Numbered from the stretch's first letter, positions 17,004 to 26,475 are shown. The stretch: 64,000 nucleotides of DNA from Chloroflexota bacterium (GCA_046328155.1 JAXLXC010000001.1:133222-197221); one strand, 5' to 3'. A program made the numbers and translations. The notes: a model not told the origin generated them from the sequence alone.

Positions 17004-17791
17004 CGACCGGCTCCGTCCAGTCGCCGATGTTGCCCGCCTTGTCGCGAGCCCGGACCCGGAACTCGAACGTCACGCCTGGCGAGTGCTCGCGAACGTAGGT
17101 CCGGTTGCGGGTCGCGTTGCGCATGCGCTTCCACTCCCCGCCCGGGGTGCGTCGCTCGAGGTCGAAGCCACGCAGCCCGGCGGTGCCGGTGACGAGCCGT
17201 GGGTCGGAGCCGGTCCAGCGGACGGTGACCTCACCGCCGTCGGCGCGCGCGGTGGTGATGCTCGCGCGAGGGTCGGTGCGGTCGCGTCCCGTGATGAAGA
17301 TCACGGTCCACTTCCAGGAGCGGCCGTCGGTCGCGACGCCGGCGCCGAAGTAGTTGTTGCCGCTGAGGATGAGCTTCTTGTGTGGCGCGGAATGCATCCA
17401 CAGGTCGACCGCCTCGTCGGCGGACGCGAGGAGGTCGCCGTCGAAGCGGCCCCAGGCGATGATCTCGCCCACGCGCGTGAAGCGCACGCCGGCCCTGGAC
17501 AGGTGATAGCTGGCGAAGTGGCCCTTGCGGTCCGCATGGTCGAAGTAGTCGCGGTCGTCGTGTCCTGCGACTTGGCACGCGCGAGTGCCCGCCACCCGCG
17601 GGTCGACGCGGAACGGTTGCTTGCCGCGGCTGTCGCGACGGGCGTTGATGAGGGATTCGACGCGCGCCTCGGCGGAACCGATCTCCGCCGTGGTCGGCAT
17701 CGCCTGCGTCGATTCGGCGGCTGCGGGCGTACGCCCAGCATGGACAGGGCCATCAGGAGCGTCGCGATGGGTGCTGTGAGGCGCGGGGCAT
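16987..17791 (-). pseudogene. secreted CAP (SCP/PR-1-like) plus fibronectin-III domain protein, with a disrupted 5' end
   Basis: The CAP core (GEIIAWG...DLWMHSAPHKKLILSGNNYFGAGV) and the FN3-like C-terminus are intact. The signal peptide can only be read from the ATG at 17791 (GGAGGAGG RBS) by using three frames: MPRASQHP | IATLLMALSMLGV | PAAAESTQA. Confidence 0.65.
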
Positions 17792-18081
17792 TCGGCCTCC
17801 TCCCTGGGTCGGATCGGGGTCACGGTAGGCGGCGCCGCGTCCAGGTTCCATGGGAACCACGACGCCGTCATGTCGGCCCGGAGGTACCGTCCCCGCTCTC
17901 ATGCCAAGAGCCCCGGACCACACCGGTCCGGACACCCGACCACGTCGGCACCGACCGATCGCGCATCCCTCCAGGCATGCGCGACAGGGCTCGCCACCCG
18001 TGGACACGACCCACGAGGGCGCACGGCCCGGCGCGGCTGGGGCGACCGCTACCTACCGGGGCAACTCATCGCACGGGCTGT

Positions 18082-18714
18082 CTACCCGGCGTCCGACCCA
18101 TCCTCGCCGGCGAGCAACCGGGCGAACGGCACGGGATCCCCGAACGGGTCCGCCGCCACGGCACGTGTGCGTGCCGCGATCGCGTCGGCGAGCTGCCCGC
18201 CCTCGCGCTGGATGCGTCGCGCGAGTCCCGTCGCCGAATCGGGGTCGCCCCAGTCATCGGTGGCCGCGAACACCGCCGTGGGCACGGTCACGGCCCCCAG
18301 ATAGGCGAACAGTGGCCGGAGCGCATGCTCCAGCGCCAGCGAGTGACGCTCCGAGCCGCCGGTCGCGCCGATCGCGACGGGCGTGCCCCGGAGGGCGTCC
18401 ATCTCGAGCACGTCGAAGAAGGTCTTGAACAGCCCGCTGTACGAGGCGCTGAAGATGGGCGTCACCGCGACGATCCCGTCCGCCCCGGTCACCGAGTCGA
18501 TGGCGGCGCGGAGGCGCGGGCTCGGGAAACCCGTCAGCAGGTTGTCCACCAGGTCGTGGGCCAGCTCCCGCGCCTCGACCACCGTCACCTGGGTGTCGAT
18601 GTCCCGTTCCCGCAGCGCCTCGGTGGTGGCGCCGGCCAGCCGGTCCGCCAGCAGCCGCGACGACGACGGCTGGCCGATGCCGGCCGTCACCACCGCGAGG
18701 CGCCGCAATGCCAT
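18082..18714 (-). CDS. NAD(P)H-dependent FMN reductase (LLM-partnered type)
   Basis: 210 aa. Begins LAVVTAGIGQPSSSRLLADRL, as in flavodoxin-like FMN reductases. It lies directly downstream of the LLM gene with a 2-nt gap. Confidence 0.85.
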   Translation of the reverse strand: MALRRLAVVTAGIGQPSSSRLLADRLAGATTEALRERDIDTQVTVVEARELAHDLVDNLLTGFPSPRLRAAIDSVTGADGIVAVTPIFSASYSGLFKTFFDVLEMDALRGTPVAIGATGGSERHSLALEHALRPLFAYLGAVTVPTAVFAATDDWGDPDSATGLARRIQREGGQLADAIAARTRAVAADPFGDPVPFARLLAGEDGSDAG

Positions 18715-18716
18715 GG

Positions 18717-19883
18717 TCAGGCCGCGCTCCGCGGCGCGATCGCGGAGGACGTGTCGAGCGAGGGGTCGATGGATGCGGCCGCAGCCAGCTCCGCGCTGGC
18801 GTCATGCGCCTGCCCGGCGGCGGCCAGCAGGGACGCATGGGTCGGCGCATCCGGGACCCCCGGCGCGCGCTTCGCCGCGAACTCGCGCCGAAGCACCGGC
18901 ACGACCTCGCCGCCCAGGATGTCGAGCTGCTCCAGGACCACCTTCGTGGGCAGCCCGGCATGGTCCACCAAGAACAGCTGGCGCTGGTAGTCGCCCACGA
19001 GGTCCCGGAACGCAAGCGTCCGGTCGATGACCTGCTGGGGCGAGCCCACGACGAGCGGCGTCTGCTCCATGTAGTCCTCGAGCGATGGGCCGCCACCGTA
19101 CACCGGCGCGTGGTCGAAGTAGGGCCGGAACTCGCGCACCGCGGCCTGCGAATCGGCGCGCATGAACACCTGCCCGCCCAGGCCGACGATCGCCTGGTCG
19201 TACGAGCCGTGGCCGTAGTGGGCATACCGCCGCCGGTACAGGTCGACCATGCGTCGCACGTGGTCGGACGGCCAGAAGATGTTGTTGTGGAAGAATCCGT
19301 CGCCGTAGTAGGCGGCCTGCTCGGCGACCTCGGGGCTCCGGATCGACCCGTGCCACACGAAGGGCGGGATCCCGTCGAGCGGCCGGGGCGTGGAGGTGAA
19401 GCCCGTGAGGGGCGTCCGGAAGCGTCCCTGCCAGTCGACCACGTCCTCGCGCCACAGACGATGCAGCAGCGCGTAGTGCTCGACCGCCAGCTGGATTCCG
19501 TTGCGGATGTCCTGGCCGAACCACGGATAGACGGGACCCGTGTTGCCCCGACCCAGCATCAGGTCCATCCGACCATCCACCAGGTGCTGGAGCATGGCGT
19601 AGTCCTCGGCGACCTTGACCGGGTCGTTGGTCGTGATGAGCGTGGTCGCCGTGGACAGGATGAGGTCCGTCGTCTGTGCGCCGATCGAGGCGAGCGTCGT
19701 GGTGGGCGACGAGCTGAAGAACGGCGGGTTGTGATGCTCGCCCAGCGCGAACACGTCGAGACCCACCGCCTCCGCGTGCTTGGCGATGGCGACCACGTCC
19801 CGGATGCGCTCGTGCTCGGTGGGCGTCCGACCCGTGACCGGGTCGGCGGTGATGTCGCTGACGGAGAAGATGCCGAACTGCAT
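18717..19883 (-). CDS. LLM-class (luciferase-like) FMN-dependent monooxygenase
   Basis: The likely start is the ATG at 19883 (MQFGIFSVSD...). The family pattern GLDVFALGEHHN is present. Confidence 0.85.
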   Translation of the reverse strand: MQFGIFSVSDITADPVTGRTPTEHERIRDVVAIAKHAEAVGLDVFALGEHHNPPFFSSSPTTTLASIGAQTTDLILSTATTLITTNDPVKVAEDYAMLQHLVDGRMDLMLGRGNTGPVYPWFGQDIRNGIQLAVEHYALLHRLWREDVVDWQGRFRTPLTGFTSTPRPLDGIPPFVWHGSIRSPEVAEQAAYYGDGFFHNNIFWPSDHVRRMVDLYRRRYAHYGHGSYDQAIVGLGGQVFMRADSQAAVREFRPYFDHAPVYGGGPSLEDYMEQTPLVVGSPQQVIDRTLAFRDLVGDYQRQLFLVDHAGLPTKVVLEQLDILGGEVVPVLRREFAAKRAPGVPDAPTHASLLAAAGQAHDASAELAAAASIDPSLDTSSAIAPRSAA

Positions 19884-19965
19884 GTGGACCCTCTGGGCGC
19901 CCGATCCGAGCGGCCGGGCCCCGTGCCCGGCCCCGTGGTCGGCGCCGGTCAGCATCATATCGCTC

Positions 19966-19987
19966 GATAGTTGCGCAGTCAACTATC
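19966..19987. promoter_or_regulatory. inverted repeat GATAGTTG-N6-CAACTATC upstream of the LLM/FMN-reductase operon
   Basis: Perfect 8-bp arms read directly, about 85-105 bp upstream of the start at 19883, and locally AT-rich. Confidence 0.45.
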
Positions 19988-20197
19988 TCCGGCCAGGGCG
20001 ACCCGCCGCTCGGGGGAGGCCCCCGCTGCGCTCGCGCTGGTGGCAGGCCCTCGAGAAGGGTGCGCCGATCGACCGGAGACCTGAGATGCGCCTGCGACGA
20101 GACCGTCGTGACGCCGGGCGCATCCGTCAGGCGGGCCGGGGTGTCATGCACGGGCGTCGGCCCGGCACGGGAGCGGGCGATCAGGAAAGCGAGGACG

Positions 20198-20521
20198 ATG
20201 CCCCGGCGCGCATGGTCCGCCAAGCGCAGGCGCCAGTACGAGCACATCAAGGACGGCCTGCTCGACCGCGGCGAGCGCGAGGACAAGGCGGAGGAGATCG
20301 CGGCTCGAACAGTCAACAAGGAGCGCGCCCGCGCCGGTGAGGCGGCGCGGGCGAGGTCGGACCTCGACGGATGACATCGTCGGTCGTCGGGGCGGCCTGC
20401 GGTCGCACACGGGACCCGGCGGCCGGACGCGCCGCCAGCTGTACGCGGAGGCGCAGCGCAAGGGCGTCCGGGACGGTCCCGGATGAGCAAGGCGGAGCTG
20501 CTCCGAGCGGTCGGCGACTGA
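20198..20521 (+). pseudogene. small basic protein with Rho-N-like C-terminus, split over frames
   Basis: The ATG at 20198 (GAGGA RBS) gives MPRRAWSAKRRRQYEHIKDG...TVNKERARAGE... and then a stop at 20372. The middle part, DDIVGRRGGLRSHTGPGGRTRRQLYAEAQRKGV, is in a second frame. The tail GRSRMSKAELLRAVGD* is back in the first frame. Confidence 0.55.
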
Positions 20522-20559
20522 GCGCCGGCGGGGGCACATCAGCAACGGCCGCGCCGCCC

Positions 20560-21559
20560 GGAGTCCCGGCCTCGAGTACGTCCGACACCGAGCCAGGCAT
20601 CCGGCGCGTCCGCCAGGGCCGCGGCTTCCGCTACCTGCGCCCGGATGGCGCCTCGGTTCGCGACGCGGCCACGCTCGCGCGGATCCGACTCGTTGGCCAT
20701 CCCTCCCGCGTGGCACGACGTCTGGATGTCACGACGAGCGAGGGCATGTCCAGGCGACCGGGCAGGATGCTCGCGGCGCAAGGTCTATCGGTACCACCCG
20801 CGGTTCCGCCGCCAGCGTAGAACCGACAAGTACGCGAGGCTGGCGCGCGTCGGGCACGCGCTGCCGAGGATGGCGCGCCGTGGCCCGCGACCTGGCCCGG
20901 CCCGGGGTGCCCCGGGACAAGGTGCTGGCACTCGTGGTACGGCTCACGAACGACCCAGATGCGGGTCGGCACCGAGGCGTATGCCGAGGCGAACCGCTTC
21001 CTTCAGCCTCACCACCCTGCGCGGTCGCCACGCCACGGTGGCAGGGTCCGGGATCGGTTCCATTCCGGGAAGTCGGCCAGGTCCACGACCTGCGGCTCAT
21101 GACCGACGGCTGGCGGGTCTCGTCCGACGCTGCCAGGAGCTGCCCGGACAGCAGCTGTTCGAGTGGCTGGACGACGACGGCAGACCCCACCGGGTGGACT
21201 CGGACGACGTCAGCTTGACTACCTGCGACGGGCGTCCGGGGACGAGACGATCTCGCTCGCGACTTCCGCACGTGGGCCGGCTCGGTGCTCGCGCTCCGGG
21301 CGCTCGACGCGCGGGTGACCCGGGCACGGACCACGCAAGGACCCGCCAGGTCGCGGGTGCCGTGGACGAGGTCGCCGTGCGACTGGGCAACACCCGGACC
21401 GTCGCGCGCGCCAGCTACATCCACCCGCAGGTGATCGATGCCTGGGAGCGCCAAGCGCTGCCACCGGGCCAGGTGCGCGCGCCCGAGCTACCGCCCGCCC
21501 GCGGAGAGCGTGACCTGCTGCGCGTGCTGCGCACGGAGGAGCGACGACGGGGTCGTTGA
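20560..21559 (+). pseudogene. DNA topoisomerase IB, heavily fragmented
   Basis: Recognisable TopIB blocks are scattered over all three forward frames. They include EPGIRRVRQGRGFRYLRPDG, LAIPPAWHDVWM, GHVQATGQDARG, RKVYRYHP, ARDLARPGVPRDKVLALVVRL, FSLTTLRGRH, LVRRCQELPGQQLFEWLDDDGRPHRVDSDDV, DFRTWAGSVLALRAL and VRLGNTRTVARASYIHPQVIDAW. No usable start codon was found. Confidence 0.7.
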
Positions 21560-21599
21560 GCCTCGCGCCCGCGAACGTCGCGAGCAGGAGCGTGCCGAT

Positions 21600-22489
21600 G
21601 GCGGTCGCCCAGTTGGCAGCGGGACGCCGCGCCTGGATGGGCGTCCCGGGCTCCGCTCCACGACGACGGGAGGCCGGCGTTGACCCAGTCGCTGTACGAG
21701 CCCGCGGCGGCAGCGGGTCCTCGGACCGGCGATGCGCATGGCCAGCGCGGTGTGGCAGGCAGTCACGCCGCTGCCGCGACACGACCTGCGGCCGGGCGTC
21801 CGCGACGGCGCGGCCGTCGCCGCCCCGCGGCCAGGACATCAGGCAGCTCGAGCAGGCCGTCAGGTCCCACGTTGGCAGTCGTGGGTGCGCTGATGGCGGT
21901 CGGGATGTGGCCCGGCACCAGGTCGACCGGCTCGACCTCGCCGGATAGCGCTCGGCCGCCCGCACGTCGAGCAGGGTCAGCGCGCCGAGGCGCTCGCGAA
22001 GCTCGTCGCGCCCAGTCGTCCAGGGCCACGCGCCACCAGGGTCGAGCACGGTGGCCGGCAGCGGCGGCTCCTCGCCCGCCACCTGGGCCAGCCCCGCGCC
22101 GCCACGCGGCGATGCCGCCGTCCAGCAGCCGCACGTCGCGATGACCCAGCGCATCGAGCATCCACCAGAGCCGCGACGCCGGCACGCCCGAGCCGTCGTC
22201 GTAGGCGACCACGGTATCGTCAGTGCCGATGCCCAGCGCCGCCAGGCGCCGCGCGAACGCGACCGGGTCGAACAGCGGATGACGTCCCAGCGAGTCGAGG
22301 GCGTCGTGGTCGGCGAGGTCGGCGTCCAGGTCGATGCGGATCGCCCCGGGGATGTGGCCCTCGGCGTACTCCCTCGGCCCGCGCGTGGGGTCGGCGAGGT
22401 ACCAGCGCGTCGCACACCCGGAGCGTCAGCTCCCCGATCCGAGCCGCGAGCTCCTCCACGCCGATGAGCGGGTCGGGACGGAGCGTCAT
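21600..22489 (-). pseudogene. rhodanese-domain sulfurtransferase (two-domain, SseA-like), fragmented
   Basis: Blocks lie in different frames: MTLRPDPLIGVEELAARIGELTLRVCD | TRWYLADPTRGPREYAEGHIPGAIRIDL...VVAYDDGSGVPASRLWWMLDALGHRDVRLLDGGIAAW | ...LLDVRAAERY | SGEVEPVDLVPGHIPTAISAP | GSGVTACHTALAMRIAG | GSYSDWVNAGLP. The 3' end is uncertain. Confidence 0.65.
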
Positions 22490-23062
22490 GACGACCGGGC
22501 CCGGTCGCTCCGGGGGTTCGGCCTTGGGCGGCTTGGCCGAGGTCGTGGTCGTGCCCAGGTTGACCCAGCCCAGCAGGCGCTCGTCGGGTGTCATCCCGAA
22601 CAGCCGACGGACCGGCTCGCCGTCGAGATGGCGGCCGCTCTTCCACGCCGCGCCGACACCCACCGCGGCTGCCGCCAACTCCATGGCATAGCCAGTCAGC
22701 CCCGCGGTCAGCTCCTGCTCCCACTGGGGGACCGTGGCGTGGGGACGCGGCGAGGCGATGATGACCACCTGGAGCGGCCCGAACAGGGGCTTGCGGGGAG
22801 CCTTCGCGACGGTGACCGGGTCGGCGTCCGCATGGATGGCCGCCGCCCGGAGCGCGGCACCGAACCGCCTGCGGGCCTCGCCGGCGACGATGACGAAGCG
22901 ATAGGGCCGCAGCCGGCCGTGGTCGGGGACCCGCGTCGCGGCGCCCAGGATGGCCCGCAGCTGGGCGCCCGTGGGCCCCGGCGTGGTCAGGCCGGGCGCG
23001 GTGCGTCGGGCGGCGATGAGGTCGATGAGCGTGGCCGGCGTGTCGCCGCCGGGGTCGGGCAT
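22490..23062 (-). CDS. nitroreductase family protein (no stop codon before the rhodanese start)
   Basis: Start at the ATG at 23062 (MPDPGGDTPATLIDLIAARRT...). Nitroreductase-like pattern RVPDHGRLRPYRFVIV...LGWVNLG. The frame continues uninterrupted into MTLRPDP at 22489. Confidence 0.7.
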
Positions 23063-23120
23063 GGTCACCCCGGAATCGTGGACGATGCGGCGCGACCCTG
23101 CACGTGCGTATGCTCCGACG

Positions 23121-24146
23121 ATGTCCATGCCGATCGCCTCGGGTCCCATCCGCGCCGTCCTGTATGGGTTCGGTCGGGTCAACCAATCCGTGTGGCGCCT
23201 GGCCGCCACGCGTCCCTGGCTCAGGGTCGATGGCCTCATCTCGACCCACGACCTCGATGCCGACCCCGCTGGCGGGGTCCCGCTCCCCGTCACCTCCGAC
23301 GCCCGGGCGCTCCTCCGGTCGACGCGACCGGACGTAGTCATCGTGGCCACCCGGTCGCGGCTGCCGGACGTGCTGCCACAGCTGCGCCTCGCGTTCGAGG
23401 CCCGTCCTCGCGCCATCCTGTGCACCGCGGAGGAGCTGGCCTGGGTCGAGACGGGGCCTGACCGCGCCGAGCTGGAGTCGCTCGCCGCCGCGACGGGCAC
23501 CGCGCTGGTGGCGACGGGCGTCAACCCGGGGTTCGTGCTCGACCTGTGGCCGCTGGTGGCATCGGGCCTCGCCTGGGATGTCGCGTCGATCCACGCCCAC
23601 CGGATCTCCGACGTGGCGGCGTTCGCGCCGGCGACCCGGCTTCGACTGGGCCTCGACCACACGCCCGAGTCCTTCGCGGCGGGCGTCCGTGATGGCAGCG
23701 TGGTGGGCCACCTGGGCTTCCCCGAGAGCCTGCGCATCCTGGCGGCCCGGATGGGTCGTGCCATCGACGAGGTCCGGATGCGCACGGACCCGGTCATCGC
23801 CGACCGTCGCTACGCTCTCCCCGACGGCGTCATCGAGGCAGGTCGGACCATCGGTGCCAGCCAGCGTGCCGAGGCATGGGTCGACGGGGCCCCCTTGATC
23901 ACCGTCGAGCTCATGGTCCATGGCGCGCCGCGCGAGGCCGGCGTCCCCCCGGTCGACGAGATCGCCATCGAGGGCGACCACGCCATCCACGTTCGCGTGG
24001 ACCCCGGGTGCGCGGGGGTGCGAGGCACCGCCGCGCTGCTGGTCAATGGCATCCCACGGGCGCTCGAGGCGCCAGCCGGGCTGCACGCCCCGGGCGACCT
24101 GCCGCCGGTCGCGCCGTGGCTGGGTGCGGAGCTGCCGGGTCGCTAG
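23121..24146 (+). CDS. NAD(P)-binding DapB-like / amine-dehydrogenase-family oxidoreductase
   Basis: Start at the ATG at 23121 (MSMPIASGPIRAVLYGFGRVNQ...). Family pattern ATGVNPGFVLDLWPL...GHLGFPESL. Confidence 0.65.
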   Translation: MSMPIASGPIRAVLYGFGRVNQSVWRLAATRPWLRVDGLISTHDLDADPAGGVPLPVTSDARALLRSTRPDVVIVATRSRLPDVLPQLRLAFEARPRAILCTAEELAWVETGPDRAELESLAAATGTALVATGVNPGFVLDLWPLVASGLAWDVASIHAHRISDVAAFAPATRLRLGLDHTPESFAAGVRDGSVVGHLGFPESLRILAARMGRAIDEVRMRTDPVIADRRYALPDGVIEAGRTIGASQRAEAWVDGAPLITVELMVHGAPREAGVPPVDEIAIEGDHAIHVRVDPGCAGVRGTAALLVNGIPRALEAPAGLHAPGDLPPVAPWLGAELPGR

Positions 24147-25612
24147 TCGCGCAGCTCCGCCAGGAGTGCCGCGACCGCGTCGCGGATCCGTGCCTCCGAG
24201 TCCGGGGCGATGGCCACCGGCAGCAGGTAGGACTGGAACACGAGGTCGGGGACCCGGTAGCGGTCGCGGACGTCCCAGCCACCATCGGGGAAGTCGGTGG
24301 CCGTCGGGAGGTAGCACAGCACGCCGTTGGAGTAGCCCAGCGGCACCGTGTGGGCGAAGGGCGACGCCTCGCGGATCCAGCGCGTGGTGGACGAGAACGT
24401 CTCGGACGCGATGCCCGTCAGCACGATGTCGTTGACGCGGATCGCCTGCACCTCCATGGTCCGCGTCCGGTCGCCTCGCTCGACGGCGGCGACCAGGCCA
24501 TCGGCCCACGCCATGAAGTGCCGGGCGATCGTCCTGCCGCGGTCGCTGTCGCCGGCGAGCGCCCGCTCCAGGTCGGCCTGCCGCTCGGCGCGCAGCCGCT
24601 GGGCTTCCTCGAGGGTCGGCAGCGGCACCAGGTCCAGGGTGACGGCCATGCTCCGTGCGTCCAGCGCCGTCACGGCAGGCCCGGTCACGGGCACCCACGG
24701 GCGCATGGTCATGCCCGTGCCCAGGAGCGATGGCAGGGAGACCCGGGCGCCGCGTCGCACATCGGTCCTGATGGATGCCGCGACCCGCACCACCTCGCCA
24801 CCGAGCATCCAGCCGATGCGAGCCTTGTCCGCGGTGGGATCCTCGTCGTGGCTCATCCCCCACAGCGGCATGATGTCGCCGCCACCGCCCTGGAGGAACA
24901 GGCAGGTGCCACCCAGGGTCGCCTCGACCATCCGGCGCAGGGGTCCCGGGAAGTCGGGCGAGGCGAGGCGCGACCGAGGCCCGACCGCCACCGTGTGGCA
25001 GCCGTACGCCGCCAGGATGGCGATGGGCCGGCCCATCAGATCGTCCACCCGGACCACACCCACGACCGGGTCGATGGGGCCGTCGGGGACCTCGCCCAGG
25101 AAGGTGGAGCCGTCCCGGTCACGCTCGCGCCGCTGGACACCGATCCGGCTCTGGCCCTCGCCTGCCCCGACCCTCGCCGGCTGGAGGGCGTCCGCGGCAG
25201 CGGTGGCGGCCTCGACGAGGCGCTCGCCCAGCAGCCGCTCGTAGCCTGCGAGCAGGTCAGCCTGGTCGGCGAACTCGGGCTGGGTCCGCAGGAGGGCACC
25301 CGCGCTGTGGGTGTGGCTGAGGTTCACCAGCACGTGCGAGGCGCTGGTGCCAATGGCGTCCCCGACCGCCACCCGCCACGCCAGGGCGATGTCCTGCGGG
25401 ACCATGCACAGGTCGAGGGCCGCGACGCACACCCGGCGGCCCATGCCCTCCAGCACCAGCGCCGTGACCGACAGCTCCTCGTCGATCCCCTCGACGACGT
25501 GCTCGCGCGACGAGAAGCCCGCCGTCCTGATGCCCAGCGGCGGCTCCACCGACCGTCTGGCCACGCCCGCCCGAAGCCCTTCCGCCACGACGCCCTCCCC
25601 CTGCGCGCTCAT
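24143..25612 (-). CDS. neutral/alkaline ceramidase-like N-terminal domain hydrolase
   Basis: Start at the ATG at 25612 (MSAQGEGVVAEGLRAGVARR...). Patterns GIDEELSVTALVLE and VNLSHTHSAG. ATGA overlap with the IclR stop. The stop shares a CTAG with the convergent gene. Confidence 0.6.
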   Translation of the reverse strand: MSAQGEGVVAEGLRAGVARRSVEPPLGIRTAGFSSREHVVEGIDEELSVTALVLEGMGRRVCVAALDLCMVPQDIALAWRVAVGDAIGTSASHVLVNLSHTHSAGALLRTQPEFADQADLLAGYERLLGERLVEAATAAADALQPARVGAGEGQSRIGVQRRERDRDGSTFLGEVPDGPIDPVVGVVRVDDLMGRPIAILAAYGCHTVAVGPRSRLASPDFPGPLRRMVEATLGGTCLFLQGGGGDIMPLWGMSHDEDPTADKARIGWMLGGEVVRVAASIRTDVRRGARVSLPSLLGTGMTMRPWVPVTGPAVTALDARSMAVTLDLVPLPTLEEAQRLRAERQADLERALAGDSDRGRTIARHFMAWADGLVAAVERGDRTRTMEVQAIRVNDIVLTGIASETFSSTTRWIREASPFAHTVPLGYSNGVLCYLPTATDFPDGGWDVRDRYRVPDLVFQSYLLPVAIAPDSEARIRDAVAALLAELRD

Positions 25613-26409
25613 CGCCCGGTGTCGGGCCGATGGCCCAGCGCCGTCGAGACGTCGTCCGCGGCGCGGACCACGATGTCCACGGCGCGGCGTTCCTTGGCCG
25701 CGCTGGTGCGATTGTCCGGCCAACCGAAGACGAGGTCGCCGATCACCCGGCCCGTCGCGTCGCGGATGGGGGCGGACACCCCGACGGCACCCGGGAAGCG
25801 CTCCCCGTGGCTCACCACATGGCCCCGGGCGCGCGCCCTGTCCAGCTCGGCGCGGAGCGCGGCGAGGGAGATGGGCGGATGCCCGGGCACCGGGTCGGGC
25901 AGGGCTCGGAGGACCGCCTCGCGATCCTCGGGTGGCAGGAACGCGAGGATGCCCTTGCCGGACGCCCCCGTGTGCAGCTCGCTCCACTGGCGGAGCGGGG
26001 CCCAGATGTAGCGGATGGGGTGGCTCGACTCCACCGCGTCGACCGCCCAGAACCGCCCTCGGTCGGGCGCGTGCAAGGCCAGCACCAGCGTCTCGTCGAG
26101 TTCGCGTGCGGCGACCTCCATGACCGGTCGCGCGACGCTCCGGACGTCCACGCGCTCCGCGAGCACCACGGCCAGCCGCGTCGTGGCAGGCCCCACCCGG
26201 TACCGGCCGTCGGTCGCCGCCGGTGCGAGCATGCCCAGCTCGGCCATGCCATGCACGATCCGATGGACCGCGCTCCGTGGCATCCCAGCGTGCGTGGCGA
26301 GGTCGCGGATGCCCCACTCGTCGCGGTCGCCAAAGGCGTCCAGGACCCGCAGCCAGCGTGCCATGGGGCTGGTGGCGCGGCGCACGCCGCTTGCCTCACC
26401 CTCGATCAT
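25609..26409 (-). CDS. IclR family transcriptional regulator
   Basis: 266 aa with an N-terminal wHTH (WGIRDLATHAGMPRSAVHRIVHGMAELGML) and a C-terminal IclR effector domain. Confidence 0.9.
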   Translation of the reverse strand: MIEGEASGVRRATSPMARWLRVLDAFGDRDEWGIRDLATHAGMPRSAVHRIVHGMAELGMLAPAATDGRYRVGPATTRLAVVLAERVDVRSVARPVMEVAARELDETLVLALHAPDRGRFWAVDAVESSHPIRYIWAPLRQWSELHTGASGKGILAFLPPEDREAVLRALPDPVPGHPPISLAALRAELDRARARGHVVSHGERFPGAVGVSAPIRDATGRVIGDLVFGWPDNRTSAAKERRAVDIVVRAADDVSTALGHRPDTGR

Positions 26410-26431
26410 CGGGGTACCCTAGCACGACATC

Positions 26432-26445
26432 GGGACAGCTGTCCC
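26432..26445. promoter_or_regulatory. perfect palindrome GGGACAGCTGTCCC in the IclR/E1 divergent intergenic region
   Basis: Read directly from the sequence. An extra GGGACA half-site lies 9 nt downstream. It sits between the IclR start (26409) and the E1 start (26476). Confidence 0.55.
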
Positions 26446-26475
26446 GTTATCCGGGACACGAGGCAGGATCATCCG

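Noticed and set aside
16603-18990. 795-aa forward ORF
   Set aside because: Only the first ~80 codons (DUF1801) make sense. The rest is read-through after a frameshift, antisense to the CAP/FN3 and FMN-reductase genes.
20198-22489. Programmed ribosomal frameshifting or recoding as an explanation for the multi-frame genes
   Set aside because: There are far too many shifts per gene, in both directions, with no slippery heptamers or downstream structures at the junctions that I could see. Decay or assembly error is the simpler explanation.
21219-24863. 1214-aa minus-strand ORF, the longest in that region
   Set aside because: It is Arg/Pro/Gly-rich nonsense for most of its length and overlaps the forward amine-dehydrogenase-like gene, the nitroreductase and the TopIB remnant. 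Only a short internal piece (…GAGLAQVAGEEPPLPATVLDPGG…LLDVRAAERY) is meaningful, because it coincides with one frame of the broken rhodanese gene.
25630-26475. N-terminal 282 codons of the 1099-aa ORF 25630..28929
   Set aside because: This part is antisense to the IclR gene and has no motifs. The E1-like protein begins sensibly at the ATG at 26476, after the intergenic palindrome.
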